A stretch of 64,000 nt of DNA, from contig DAMH01000027.1 in the NCBI GenBank assembly GCA_002499585.1, forward strand, positions 138,698 through 202,697. The letters are read 5' to 3'. This document shows positions 44,771 through 53,996 of this stretch, in pieces (position 1 is the stretch's first letter; each line of letters opens with the position of its first letter). Made by a program: the position numbers and the translations under genes. The stretch is from Euryarchaeota archaeon UBA552 (GTDB lineage: Archaea > Thermoplasmatota > Poseidoniia > Poseidoniales > Thalassarchaeaceae). Below the pieces are notes generated by a model. The model did not search any database, was not told the origin of the DNA, and was given only the letters and a program-made list of their open reading frames with translations.

Positions 44771-45552
44771 GGATGAAAAGCCAACAGAGTGTTTTTGCGT
44801 CTGGATTTACTTCTAGGGCAGGCCTCAGGGGCGTTGTAAGTCATATTAAAGGCAGAATCAGGGTTTTGGCTTTGGTTTTCACATTTGGATTCATAATTTC
44901 ATACCCAATCACAGAGCGAATGATTGTATGGGCCTCTGGAAACGGAGATTGGAGACCCGATAATGTCGAAATAATAATCATTCAACCATTGGAGCTCATC
45001 ATCCTGAAATTGAAGATTTCTGTTAACATGGCGCTGGGTGCTACCTTGCTGGCTATGATCGCCGATCTAAGTCTAAACGGGGCTAGAATTATATCACATT
45101 CAACAAGAACTCTACACGAAAATCAAAGCCCATCCAGATTGATTTTGATTTCTTTGGCCTCAGTGGCACTTGGGGTAATGGGCATATGTTACGCAAACTA
45201 CGTCCTGATTCCATTCTTGATGGAATACCTAGTGCAAGACTCTACAGCTGCTGGACTCAATGCAACATGGCAGGTTGGGTCTTGGCTTGGGTTCATACTG
45301 GGTCTCTTGACGGCATCAGCTGTTGGTTTCCAAGTGCCGTTGGCGGTTTTTGTCCTGATTAGATCTGGACTGATATCTCCGGAAACAATCACCGGGAGCA
45401 GGTCCATATTATGGTTTGCAGCTCTGGTCGCAGGCGCATTCCTTTCTCCTCCTGACCCTCTTTCGATGTTCCTTGTCGGTGGTCCGGTAGTGATCTTAAT
45501 GGAATTAGCAATTCAAATAGAGCGCGTATCGGGCAGCAGAGAAGTTAACTAG
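44767..45552 (+). CDS. tatC: Sec-independent (Tat) protein translocase subunit TatC
   Basis: The 261-aa protein has about 6 TM helices and 'FLSPPDPLSMFLVGGPVVILMELA', typical of TatC. There is an ATGA overlap with the DRG gene. Confidence 0.85.
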   Translation: MRMKSQQSVFASGFTSRAGLRGVVSHIKGRIRVLALVFTFGFIISYPITERMIVWASGNGDWRPDNVEIIIIQPLELIILKLKISVNMALGATLLAMIADLSLNGARIISHSTRTLHENQSPSRLILISLASVALGVMGICYANYVLIPFLMEYLVQDSTAAGLNATWQVGSWLGFILGLLTASAVGFQVPLAVFVLIRSGLISPETITGSRSILWFAALVAGAFLSPPDPLSMFLVGGPVVILMELAIQIERVSGSREVN

Positions 45553-47387
45553 CTCCTGTTCCCCATATCTTCCATCATAGCGTCCTCTCTTCCCTTTTCG
45601 ACATCAACCAATCTCATCATCAATGCACCAGTCAAAATCAGCATTGAGACTGCAAGGATACCAACTCGAGAATCGAACATGACTGTCATAAAACCATATA
45701 GAAGTGGTCCGATGAGGGCTGCTACTTTCCCGAAGAATCCAAAGAACCCGAAGAACTCTGCACTCCTTGTCTCGGGCACCATCTGACCGAACAGGCTCCT
45801 TGCTAATCCTTGAGATCCTCCAAGGAGGGTGCCCATGGCCAGACCCAAGATTAGGAACTGCCATGAGACCTTGATATCCAGGGGCTCCCAGACGTAATCT
45901 CGGGCTGTCTCAGGGATCACATCCAATACTCCATCCCCTAAGTTGGTGGGGTGGTCGATACCAACGTTCTCCTCAGCATTGATTGGGCCTCCGTTAACGC
46001 TCGCACTAAACCTAGATTCAGATAAAGATTCCAAGAAATCCAGTATTTCCGTGCTCTCAACTCCTACCAAAGACCTCTCGTACGGAACGTCTGTGTCATC
46101 TCCAGACATATCTTGTTCGAAATATAGCCACCTCTTGGTATCACTTCGATCATCAACCTTTAGAGGGAGCAAATGGGCCCATTCATCTGCCCAGCTTTGT
46201 TCATTAAATTCATGGTCTTCGTAGTTTAATTTCTGAGCAATTTCCGAAGTGTCACTATCGACCTTGACGATGTAAACTTCACTAGATTCATCCCAATCGA
46301 ATTGTATCTGGTACTCTTCATGCGAGTCCATTTGCAGGGGTGCGAAGGCTAGGGCTCCGAAACAAAGCATAACCCATCCAACTAAAGAGATTGTTAATGC
46401 TCTCTTCGTACCAATGCGTTCGGATAACTTGGTGAATGCAATTGCAGATGGTGCAGCTACAAATTGTATTAACAGGATAGTGACCATGAGGCTGATTGGA
46501 GTGATACCAAGAACAACGGTTCCGAAAACGCCACCTAATGCTGTGACTGTGTTTATACCGTCTATAAAGAAGAAGTAAGCAAGCATGTAAATAAACAATG
46601 TTTTGAATTTAGAAACCTCAGATAACGTCTTTTTGATTTCCCTCAAAGCTAATTTGGTGGACTCCAAGATTCCAAGAGAATCCATCTCATTTTCTATTGC
46701 TGGCTCCGGGACATGTTTGAATGTCAATAGAGCAAAGGCATACCACCAGACTCCGGAACTGGCCAACGCGAAATTAATTACCCATTCTGCATAATCGAAA
46801 ATTACAAGCATGCCTATGTGAACCAGAAGTAGAATCCCTCCTCCCAAGTAACCGTAGGCGAATGCAAGGTTGGATATCATGTCCATCTCGTCATCCGAAC
46901 CCATGTGGGGTAGAAGTGCGTTGTAGAACACACCTGCCCCATTCAACCCTATGTTAGCCAGAATGAACATCACCATGAGCCACACCCACTTCAAGTCTAA
47001 AGGTAGGAACGGTGTTGCACATAGGAGGAAAGTGGCTCCAGCGCCGACATAAGTCAATATCTTCAACCACCACATTTTGATGGCTCGCCTATCTGCTATC
47101 ACTCCAAGTGAGGGGCTCACAATCGCGACAAGTAATGCCGCTCCGGATACTGAGAAGGAAAAAATGGCATCGCCCGAGATTGATTTTGACAAGACAGTGG
47201 TAGTCAGACCATTAGCTTCCAAGAACAAAAATGTGTACCAGAAAGGAAGGATAGCGACCGTTACACTGGTCTCGAAAGCAGATTTTCCCCAGTCATAAAA
47301 AGCGTATCCCTTGATTTTCATTGAAGTCTTTTTTCCTTCTAACGCGTCTTCACCCATGTGTCTCCCTTGACTTCCAACAATCAACAA
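45549..47387 (-). CDS. MFS transporter, UMF1/Atg22-like, with a large soluble insertion
   Basis: It contains 'YAFYDWGKSAFETSV' and has more than 10 TM helices. An acidic non-membrane insertion of ~155 aa (aa ~352-508) lies between the C-terminal helices. The start is probably an internal Met (47357 or 47321). Confidence 0.8.
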   Translation of the reverse strand: MLIVGSQGRHMGEDALEGKKTSMKIKGYAFYDWGKSAFETSVTVAILPFWYTFLFLEANGLTTTVLSKSISGDAIFSFSVSGAALLVAIVSPSLGVIADRRAIKMWWLKILTYVGAGATFLLCATPFLPLDLKWVWLMVMFILANIGLNGAGVFYNALLPHMGSDDEMDMISNLAFAYGYLGGGILLLVHIGMLVIFDYAEWVINFALASSGVWWYAFALLTFKHVPEPAIENEMDSLGILESTKLALREIKKTLSEVSKFKTLFIYMLAYFFFIDGINTVTALGGVFGTVVLGITPISLMVTILLIQFVAAPSAIAFTKLSERIGTKRALTISLVGWVMLCFGALAFAPLQMDSHEEYQIQFDWDESSEVYIVKVDSDTSEIAQKLNYEDHEFNEQSWADEWAHLLPLKVDDRSDTKRWLYFEQDMSGDDTDVPYERSLVGVESTEILDFLESLSESRFSASVNGGPINAEENVGIDHPTNLGDGVLDVIPETARDYVWEPLDIKVSWQFLILGLAMGTLLGGSQGLARSLFGQMVPETRSAEFFGFFGFFGKVAALIGPLLYGFMTVMFDSRVGILAVSMLILTGALMMRLVDVEKGREDAMMEDMGNRS

Positions 47388-47392
47388 ATGGT

Positions 47393-48520
47393 ATGAGTAT
47401 TTTCACTGCAAAGGGAGATAGTGACGGGCTATTTCATGACCTCAAGCCATTTCCCCGGAGCGTGGACACAACTGGCTGGGTGAAGCCGAAAGAGAATTCC
47501 ATCGATGCTCTTTCCTACGGAATTGAAAATTCCGACGGGGTTGAGATGGACCTCAGATTGAGTCTTGACGGAGAGGTTATCATTCACCACGACGCTCGAA
47601 CCCAAGATGGAAGTTATCCTGAAACAACAAATTACGATGATATGAAAGAACACGTGGACCTTTTTTCAGATTTATTGTCAAAGGATGATTTTGTTACGAA
47701 ATGGGTGAATGAGGCACGTTTTGTATGTTTGGAGTTGAAAGCTCCTCATCCATCTTCTGGAGCGGGAGGCGGTTGGTTGAGGGGGAAGGAAATGTACAAT
47801 CACATGTCAGAGCTGTTCCAGAGTGTTAGAGACATGATCAAGCAAATTGAAGTCCCTTCCAATTCTACGGTTTTCTATTCATTCGACCCATACATTACCC
47901 CTGTGGCGAATCGATTCTCAGAAAATTATCGTCATGCAAGATTAATGCCTAAATTGAGACAGTGGGGAGGTTGGACTACTCAAAGAGCTGCTGCCTTGCC
48001 TTCATTCATTTCGACCTCAGTTCCTAGGTTGTTGGACAAACAGAGAAAGTTGGGGGCTCCGATGCTCCCATTGGCGTTGGACTACTTGCATGGATGGACG
48101 AGATTTCTGCCGATCGGTGCAACCATGGGTTTGCAAGGAAAATCACTACAGAAATTCAACCACATACGACGGGGCCACCCTGTTTACGTTTGGCCCTCCC
48201 CGATTGAAATCGAACCCAGATTGTTGAAAGCAGGACTATCTTGCATCTCCGATACTATGCAGAAGGGATTGGTGTATTCAGATGGATCCGAGAGGTGCTT
48301 GAGACCAGGGACCATGCCATTTGTTGAGAATGAGCGGCAACCGTGGCATGAGATCTCGGACTCAGAGAGGGCCAAGATAGTTCTAACCAGCAAAAAGAAA
48401 TGGGGTTGGAGCTCTGGAAAAGACGAACTTCTTGGATTGACCTCGTCTGGGACGATGCCGTGGGAAATGCCGAGACTGATTGGGCACAGAGGAGCGGGTA
48501 AAGATCCTGAAACCTTATGA
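47393..48520 (+). CDS. Glycerophosphodiester phosphodiesterase (GDPD)-like protein
   Basis: The sequence 'NSIDALSYGIENSDGVEMDLRLSLDGEVIIHHD' resembles the GDPD E..D...DG..V..HD core. The start is set at the internal ATG (MSIFTAKG) to avoid overlap with the divergent MFS gene. Confidence 0.6.
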   Translation: MSIFTAKGDSDGLFHDLKPFPRSVDTTGWVKPKENSIDALSYGIENSDGVEMDLRLSLDGEVIIHHDARTQDGSYPETTNYDDMKEHVDLFSDLLSKDDFVTKWVNEARFVCLELKAPHPSSGAGGGWLRGKEMYNHMSELFQSVRDMIKQIEVPSNSTVFYSFDPYITPVANRFSENYRHARLMPKLRQWGGWTTQRAAALPSFISTSVPRLLDKQRKLGAPMLPLALDYLHGWTRFLPIGATMGLQGKSLQKFNHIRRGHPVYVWPSPIEIEPRLLKAGLSCISDTMQKGLVYSDGSERCLRPGTMPFVENERQPWHEISDSERAKIVLTSKKKWGWSSGKDELLGLTSSGTMPWEMPRLIGHRGAGKDPETL

Positions 48521-49690
48521 TTCCAGACGCCTAATCGGTTGATTTTTTGCCAAATATTTCGGCCGGTATATGGGGATTCCTCTTCCGTCTCTGGAATTCC
48601 TCTCATCCAATATTTGGGCGGTAATACCCGCAACTCGGGACCAACCGAAGAATGTGGTGTAATAGTCTGGTTTCCTAAAACCAACTGATTGTAGGAGGGC
48701 TCCGCTTGCTATGTCTACATTAGGATATGGATTGGAAATTTTAGGTATTTCGGACAGAATGGGGGGGACGACTTCTCTGAGGGCCTTTACTGTTCTAAAA
48801 TCTGGATCGTCGGGGCATACCTCATCGCCTAGCTCGATCAATAGCCTGGCACGAGGGTCTTCTGCTCTGAGTACACCATGTCCGAAACCGTATATTGGTC
48901 TCCTGGCACTTAGCTCTCTTCGCACAAATGACTCGATATCAGCAGGGTCATCGGTCCCGATTCGCTTTACAAATTCAAGGCAAGATTGATTCGCTCTGCC
49001 GTGTAGAGGCCCCGATAATGCGCTCATTGCAGAGGATATTGCTGCGTATATGGACGCTCGTCCTGAGGCCACTGCCTTGCCGGAAAAAGTTGAAAGGTTT
49101 CCTCCCCCATGATCCATGTGTAGGATGAAAAAGAACCTTAGTACCCTATTCATCCTCTCTGCTTGGTCCCCGCTTATCCCCAGCATGTGAGTGAAGTTTT
49201 CAACCAGTCCAAGTTGGGGGCGAGAGTCCCTTGTTTCCAATTTTTTACCTCCTCTGAGGTGAAAGATTCTCGCCATAAGCTCGGGCATGCGAGCAACTAG
49301 ATTCATCGAGTCAGTCCTCAAATCGCCTGTGGTGTCAGATATCCCAAGAGCAAGAATACCTGTTGAAAGCCAATCCATTGGATGGCCGGAACCGGGTGTA
49401 AGAGATTCCAAAACTCGCAATGCGCCGGTCGGCATTTCTTCAGCCCGGTGTGCTAACTCTTTTCTGAAATCCAAACTTTCCTCTTCGGTTGGGAGTCTCT
49501 TGTTGAACAGGAGGTAGATGACGTCTTCTTCTTCCAAGTTTGCCAAATCCTCCACTGGATAACCTACATAGTGAACACCCTCTGTTGGGTCCACAAAGGA
49601 AGTTTGACAGGTTCCGACAGGTATTCCCCTCAACCCGGAGTCTATGTTTCCTTCCCGAATTTCAAAAATAGGGGCATCGTCTTGTCCCAT
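48515..49690 (-). CDS. Citrate synthase
   Basis: Motifs include 'FFILHMDHGGGNLSTF', 'LSGPLHGRANQ', 'IYGFGHGVLRAEDPR' and 'NVDIASG'. Confidence 0.95.
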   Translation of the reverse strand: MGQDDAPIFEIREGNIDSGLRGIPVGTCQTSFVDPTEGVHYVGYPVEDLANLEEEDVIYLLFNKRLPTEEESLDFRKELAHRAEEMPTGALRVLESLTPGSGHPMDWLSTGILALGISDTTGDLRTDSMNLVARMPELMARIFHLRGGKKLETRDSRPQLGLVENFTHMLGISGDQAERMNRVLRFFFILHMDHGGGNLSTFSGKAVASGRASIYAAISSAMSALSGPLHGRANQSCLEFVKRIGTDDPADIESFVRRELSARRPIYGFGHGVLRAEDPRARLLIELGDEVCPDDPDFRTVKALREVVPPILSEIPKISNPYPNVDIASGALLQSVGFRKPDYYTTFFGWSRVAGITAQILDERNSRDGRGIPIYRPKYLAKNQPIRRLES

Positions 49691-49752
49691 AGTTTGACTC
49701 CTAATGTTGCCCGGTCATAATGTCTCCGCATGAAATTCTAATTTCATGCGAT

Positions 49753-50931
49753 TCAAATGAGCCCCAACTCTCTCCCCACCTCTTCGAATTTATGCAGAAC
49801 CTCATCTAGGTCGTCCTTTGTGAGGCCAGCAGATATCTGAGTCCTCACTCTGGCCTTGTCTCTTGCGACCATTGGAAAAACAATGGCGCCGGCCATAATT
49901 CCCCTCCTTCTGAGTTCTTTCGAGAGGTTTTGTGCGGTTCTGCTGTCTCCGCACATTATTGGGATGATTGGAGTAGTAGAGACGCCTGTATCAAAACCCA
50001 AAGAATTCATTTCACGCCTGAAGTACTCCGTGTTTTCCCATAATTTCTCCACGTGTTCAGGCTCATCCCTCAAGACTTCGATAGAGGCCTTCTGTGCAGC
50101 GGCTACGCCGGGAGTTTGGCTCCCTGATAACAACCAAGATCTACTGTGGTTGAGGGCGTGGTTTCTGAGGTCTTCTGAGCCGGCGATAATTCCGCCCTGG
50201 ACCCCTAGCGCTTTGGAGTATGATCCTCCCTCGACCGTTACCTTTCCCTGTAAATTGAAGTGAGCAACGATGCCTTTGCCTCCACCTAGTACGCCCTCTC
50301 CATGACAATCGTCAACCATAACCATAGCATGATGTTCTTCGGCCAATTTTACAATTTCATCGAGGGGTGCTATGTCACCATCCATGCTGAACACACCATC
50401 GGTGATGATTAGTTTCCGGGAAGCTTTTTCGCCGTTTTTCAGTGCCCTTTCCAACCCCTCCATATCATTGTGCGGGTAGACCGCTCTCTGAGCCTTTGTG
50501 AGTCGGACACCGTCGATTATGGACCCGTGATTCAACTCATCGGAAATTATCAAGTCCTCAGACCCTCTTACAAGTGTTGGGATTAATCCCACGTTGGCAG
50601 TATATCCTGCAGAATAGATCAATGCGGCTTCCACTCCCTTGAACTCTGCTGCGGTTTTCTCGGCTTCCAAATGAATATCAAGGGTGCCGGCGATTGCCCT
50701 AACCGAACCTGACCCTGCCCCGTATTTTTTTGTGGCATCTATCGTCGCCTGCACGACTTTTGGATGTGTAGTTAAGTTCAGATAATTGTTAGCGGACAAC
50801 ATTATCATTTTCTTGCCGTCAATCTCGCATATGGGTTTGTTAGCTGACTCCAATGTGGGTGGTTGCCATGCCAATCCTTGTTCTACCAGTTGATTGTGCC
50901 TCTCCCTCATCCATGTGAGATCCGCTGCCAT
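49753..50931 (-). CDS. kbl: 2-amino-3-ketobutyrate CoA ligase (glycine C-acetyltransferase), Kbl/BioF PLP family
   Basis: Motifs include 'SANNYLNL', 'ISDELNHGSIIDGVRL', 'ITDGVFSMDGDIAPL' and 'MVDDCHGEG'. The segment 'FPMVARDKARVRTQISAGLT' is also present. The collinear resemblance to E. coli Kbl is drawn from memory. Confidence 0.9.
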   Translation of the reverse strand: MAADLTWMRERHNQLVEQGLAWQPPTLESANKPICEIDGKKMIMLSANNYLNLTTHPKVVQATIDATKKYGAGSGSVRAIAGTLDIHLEAEKTAAEFKGVEAALIYSAGYTANVGLIPTLVRGSEDLIISDELNHGSIIDGVRLTKAQRAVYPHNDMEGLERALKNGEKASRKLIITDGVFSMDGDIAPLDEIVKLAEEHHAMVMVDDCHGEGVLGGGKGIVAHFNLQGKVTVEGGSYSKALGVQGGIIAGSEDLRNHALNHSRSWLLSGSQTPGVAAAQKASIEVLRDEPEHVEKLWENTEYFRREMNSLGFDTGVSTTPIIPIMCGDSRTAQNLSKELRRRGIMAGAIVFPMVARDKARVRTQISAGLTKDDLDEVLHKFEEVGRELGLI

Positions 50932-51106
50932 GGCCTATTTCAATCGACGGTGGTACATGGCTATTCCCAATTTGAGGTAGAAAAATTGCCATGAAAAGAG
51001 TATATCGAAAAATAGACAGTGTCACAATTTAATTTTCATTTTTGGATATCTTTTCCGTTTTGGAGAAATACGGGAACTTAATTGTCATTAGGTTCCATGT
51101 GTTAGT

Positions 51107-51541
51107 ATGAAACTGGCGGGCACGGTGGCCAGTGGGCTAGGTAGGGCACAGATCTTTATGTCCCAGGCCCATTATCAAGAACAATTCAAAGAGATTCTGG
51201 GTGCGACTGCATGGCCGGGCACTTTGAACATAGAGTTGACCGGGGCAGACCTTGAATCATACACGGAGCTCAGGAACATAGCCGTTCCAGGCGCATCGGA
51301 TGGATCCCAAGAGGTAGAACCATTGAGGGTAAATGGATTTGAGAGGGAGGGTCGATCATTCGGAGGTGCGACGGCGTTCCTAGCCTCTATATCGAAAGAT
51401 GGTCAAAACTGGCAGAGGTGCGCGATACTGATTCCCGATTTGACCCGTCATACTGAAACTGCCGAAATTATCGCCACTTCATTCTTAAGGGAACTTTTGC
51501 CAGTAAACGACGGAGACATGATACATCTGATCATTCGATAA
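51107..51541 (+). CDS. ribK: CTP-dependent riboflavin kinase (archaeal RibK)
   Basis: The sequence 'GTVASGLGRAQIFMSQAHYQEQFKEILGATAWPGTLNIEL' is typical of archaeal riboflavin kinase. Confidence 0.85.
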   Translation: MKLAGTVASGLGRAQIFMSQAHYQEQFKEILGATAWPGTLNIELTGADLESYTELRNIAVPGASDGSQEVEPLRVNGFEREGRSFGGATAFLASISKDGQNWQRCAILIPDLTRHTETAEIIATSFLRELLPVNDGDMIHLIIR

Positions 51542-52430
51542 GCCTGTGTGTCCAGTCTGTTTCAAGCATCATCCTGATTTCTGCTAATGCAGAATTTCTC
51601 CAACGCTCTACAAGCCTCGGTTTTGAGGGTGGTGGAGGAGGTGGAAGATGCGTTTTTGGCAGAGTAGAATACCATTTTTTGGGGGCATCCTCGTGATGGA
51701 TGTTCCATAAAATCAAAGCATCGGCCGGAGCCCTACCGAAATCTGGAGAGCCGGAAGGCTCCTCCAGTGCGCTGGCTAACTGTTCGATAGTAGTCTCATT
51801 GTTACTTATTTTTACAATGGCAGATGCTATTCTCCTGACTTGATTCCACAAAAAGGACTCCGCTTCGATTATGAGACCGATTACGGATCCGTCATCGCGC
51901 CTCCACAGCCTACAATCATCTATGGTTCTGAAGGGTGACCGCTCTGGGTCAGGCCTAGAAAAGGCTGAGAAGTTATGATGCCCGAGGAAAACTTGGGTAG
52001 CTTGATTGAGAGCCTCGGCGTCATAGTCAGGATTCCAGCCCTTTACCATATCTAATCTGTAGAGGTACGTTCGTGATCTTGCCATCCTTACGGGAATGTG
52101 GCTTTGACGCCTTATTGCTCCCCAGATGCACATTTCAGATGAAATCCTATCGCCAATGGCCCTTGTGATCATTTCTTCATTGAGACTATCCATCAAACTT
52201 GCATCACATGATATGTCAACTAAGTTCATTCTTGAACTGACACCGGAGTCTGTCCTGGATGAAATTCTTGAGGTGCAATGTTCTTGCCAGCCTAGTTCTT
52301 TGATGGCAGAATTCAACTCTCCTTGGACAGTGACCTCATCAGGCTGTGATTGGGATCCTTTGAATGGCTCGCCGTGGTATCCGACGGCTAACAGAAAGCT
52401 ATCGGCTGGTGTGTCAGCCGACGCGCTCAA
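51531..52430 (-). CDS. truA: tRNA pseudouridine synthase A (TruA/Pus1 family)
   Basis: Motifs include 'LAVGYHGEPFKGSQSQP', the catalytic 'SSRTDSGVSS' and 'GHHNFSAFS'. Confidence 0.85.
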   Translation of the reverse strand: MSASADTPADSFLLAVGYHGEPFKGSQSQPDEVTVQGELNSAIKELGWQEHCTSRISSRTDSGVSSRMNLVDISCDASLMDSLNEEMITRAIGDRISSEMCIWGAIRRQSHIPVRMARSRTYLYRLDMVKGWNPDYDAEALNQATQVFLGHHNFSAFSRPDPERSPFRTIDDCRLWRRDDGSVIGLIIEAESFLWNQVRRIASAIVKISNNETTIEQLASALEEPSGSPDFGRAPADALILWNIHHEDAPKKWYSTLPKTHLPPPPPPSKPRLVERWRNSALAEIRMMLETDWTHRLIE

Positions 52431-52969
52431 TCCTCGATTAGATATTCCATCGCCTCGCTAGCAGACTGGAACCCCAGACCGAGAAGTGAGAATTCAACTG
52501 CATCTCGGATGAATTGCCTCGCAATAGGGGCGCTTCTGTCGAAGTTTGTTTTTACATCTATGGATTCGATAAGCAACCTCGCAGCCTCGTAGAGATGAAA
52601 TGAAATGTCAATTTCTTCGGATTTTGAACCTAAATCTACTAGTTTTCTGAGTTCCCTCACTGCCATTGGAATTCTATCAAATTCGATCAAGGCATTCGCG
52701 TAAGCAGCCCTGTAGTCGGCATTCTCTGGAGCGAGTGAGCAGGCCCGTCGCAGATAGGACTGGACCTGTCCTTCGTTTATCCTGTCATTTCCTTTTTCAT
52801 CCAGATTCCCATTTTCCTGGATTTCAAAGAGTGCAGCCTCAGCCCACCCATGATAGCCTGATGGATCATCTGGAGAATTTTTCACGTGTTCCTCGAAGAT
52901 GGTCATTGCCCCCATGTAATCGCCCTGGGTTATTTGTTGAGCTGCTGAAGTGACTATGTCGTCTGTCAT
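52427..52969 (-). CDS. TPR-like helical repeat protein
   Basis: The sequences 'ITQGDYMGAMTIFEEHVKNSPDDPSGYHGWAEAAL' and 'LRRACSLAPENADYRAAYANALIEFDRIPMAVRELRKLV' look like TPR units. The start is set at an internal ATG, because the track start overlaps the upstream gene by 38 nt. Confidence 0.55.
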   Translation of the reverse strand: MTDDIVTSAAQQITQGDYMGAMTIFEEHVKNSPDDPSGYHGWAEAALFEIQENGNLDEKGNDRINEGQVQSYLRRACSLAPENADYRAAYANALIEFDRIPMAVRELRKLVDLGSKSEEIDISFHLYEAARLLIESIDVKTNFDRSAPIARQFIRDAVEFSLLGLGFQSASEAMEYLIED

Positions 52970-53039
52970 GATGGTGTCCGCCTTGCACAAACCTAGGTGC
53001 TTTTGGTTATCAACGATATGTTTTGAGGCAGACTTATTT

Positions 53040-53975
53040 TTATTCGGATTGCATCTCTCTGAATTTATCGGAGGCATGATTGATCAGGAGGTGAATCCTC
53101 TCCGGAGAGTGAATTCCATAAATGCAAGTTTCTGGGGTGTTGATTGCTTTAGGACGATTCCTCTTGAAGGAAATAAGGAGGCCTAGTTTAGAGGTTACAC
53201 TTCCAATGCCGGACTTTGTTTCGCTTGGGATAGCGTCACCGGTTACTCCTGCGCTTATGCTCGTTGAGTCTGAACCGATATTCAATCCGGAAGCGGTCAA
53301 GATCTGGATTGAACCATATCTTAGGAGCCTACTCATGATAGTGGTATCAACTATCAGATTCTCTATCCGATCGTAGTTTATACTTTGACTTGATGCATCC
53401 ACATACAAGAATTGTTTGATAAGGTGTATTCGTTTGTCAGTAATAGCATACGTGAATGATCTCTGGTAGAATATGGAAAGGGCGAAGATCACCCCAGACA
53501 TTATGAAGGCCAAGAGGAAATAATACCCTGGAGTGAATTCTGGGAGAGTGGTTTCTTCAGAATTGAATATCCCTGCAACGTCCAAGCCAAATGTCAGGCC
53601 CGTCCAAATCATGGGTAAAGAGGCAGCTAACATTATCCAGAGTATTGTCCATTTACCGGAGGTCGGCCCATTGTGGAAGTGGATTGTTTTTGCGACTATT
53701 GTTAAAGATAGGAAAAGGCCGAAAACACCTGATAGGTCCGCGGCGAGATGTACTGATTTGAGTATAAATGCCAACTGCCCTTCTCCAGACGGTCGATCAA
53801 TCACGTTCGCCCACCAGAATATCAGATAGACTCCCAATATGGACAGGGACAATATGTATCTCCCATACATACTTCTGGACGTAGGGCTCCCTATCCAGAG
53901 GATTTCCTCCTCATCAGTCATGGTTGGAATTTTTTGCCTAATTGGCTTGATCGGGGTCAGTCCGCGTTCTGACAT
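53040..53975 (-). CDS. Membrane protein with a bacterial PH (bPH_2/YdbT-like) domain
   Basis: It has four TM helices followed by 'FTYAITDKRIHLIKQF ... INYDRIENLIVDTTIMSRLLRYGSIQILTAS'. Confidence 0.65.
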   Translation of the reverse strand: MSERGLTPIKPIRQKIPTMTDEEEILWIGSPTSRSMYGRYILSLSILGVYLIFWWANVIDRPSGEGQLAFILKSVHLAADLSGVFGLFLSLTIVAKTIHFHNGPTSGKWTILWIMLAASLPMIWTGLTFGLDVAGIFNSEETTLPEFTPGYYFLLAFIMSGVIFALSIFYQRSFTYAITDKRIHLIKQFLYVDASSQSINYDRIENLIVDTTIMSRLLRYGSIQILTASGLNIGSDSTSISAGVTGDAIPSETKSGIGSVTSKLGLLISFKRNRPKAINTPETCIYGIHSPERIHLLINHASDKFREMQSE

Positions 53976-53996
53976 GTTGTAACCTGGGCATTACCT

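Noticed and set aside
48184-48684. 166-aa minus-strand ORF bridging the GDPD-like 3' end and the citrate synthase 3' end
   Set aside because: It overlaps two better-supported genes, antisense to one and out of frame with the other. No motif is recognisable.
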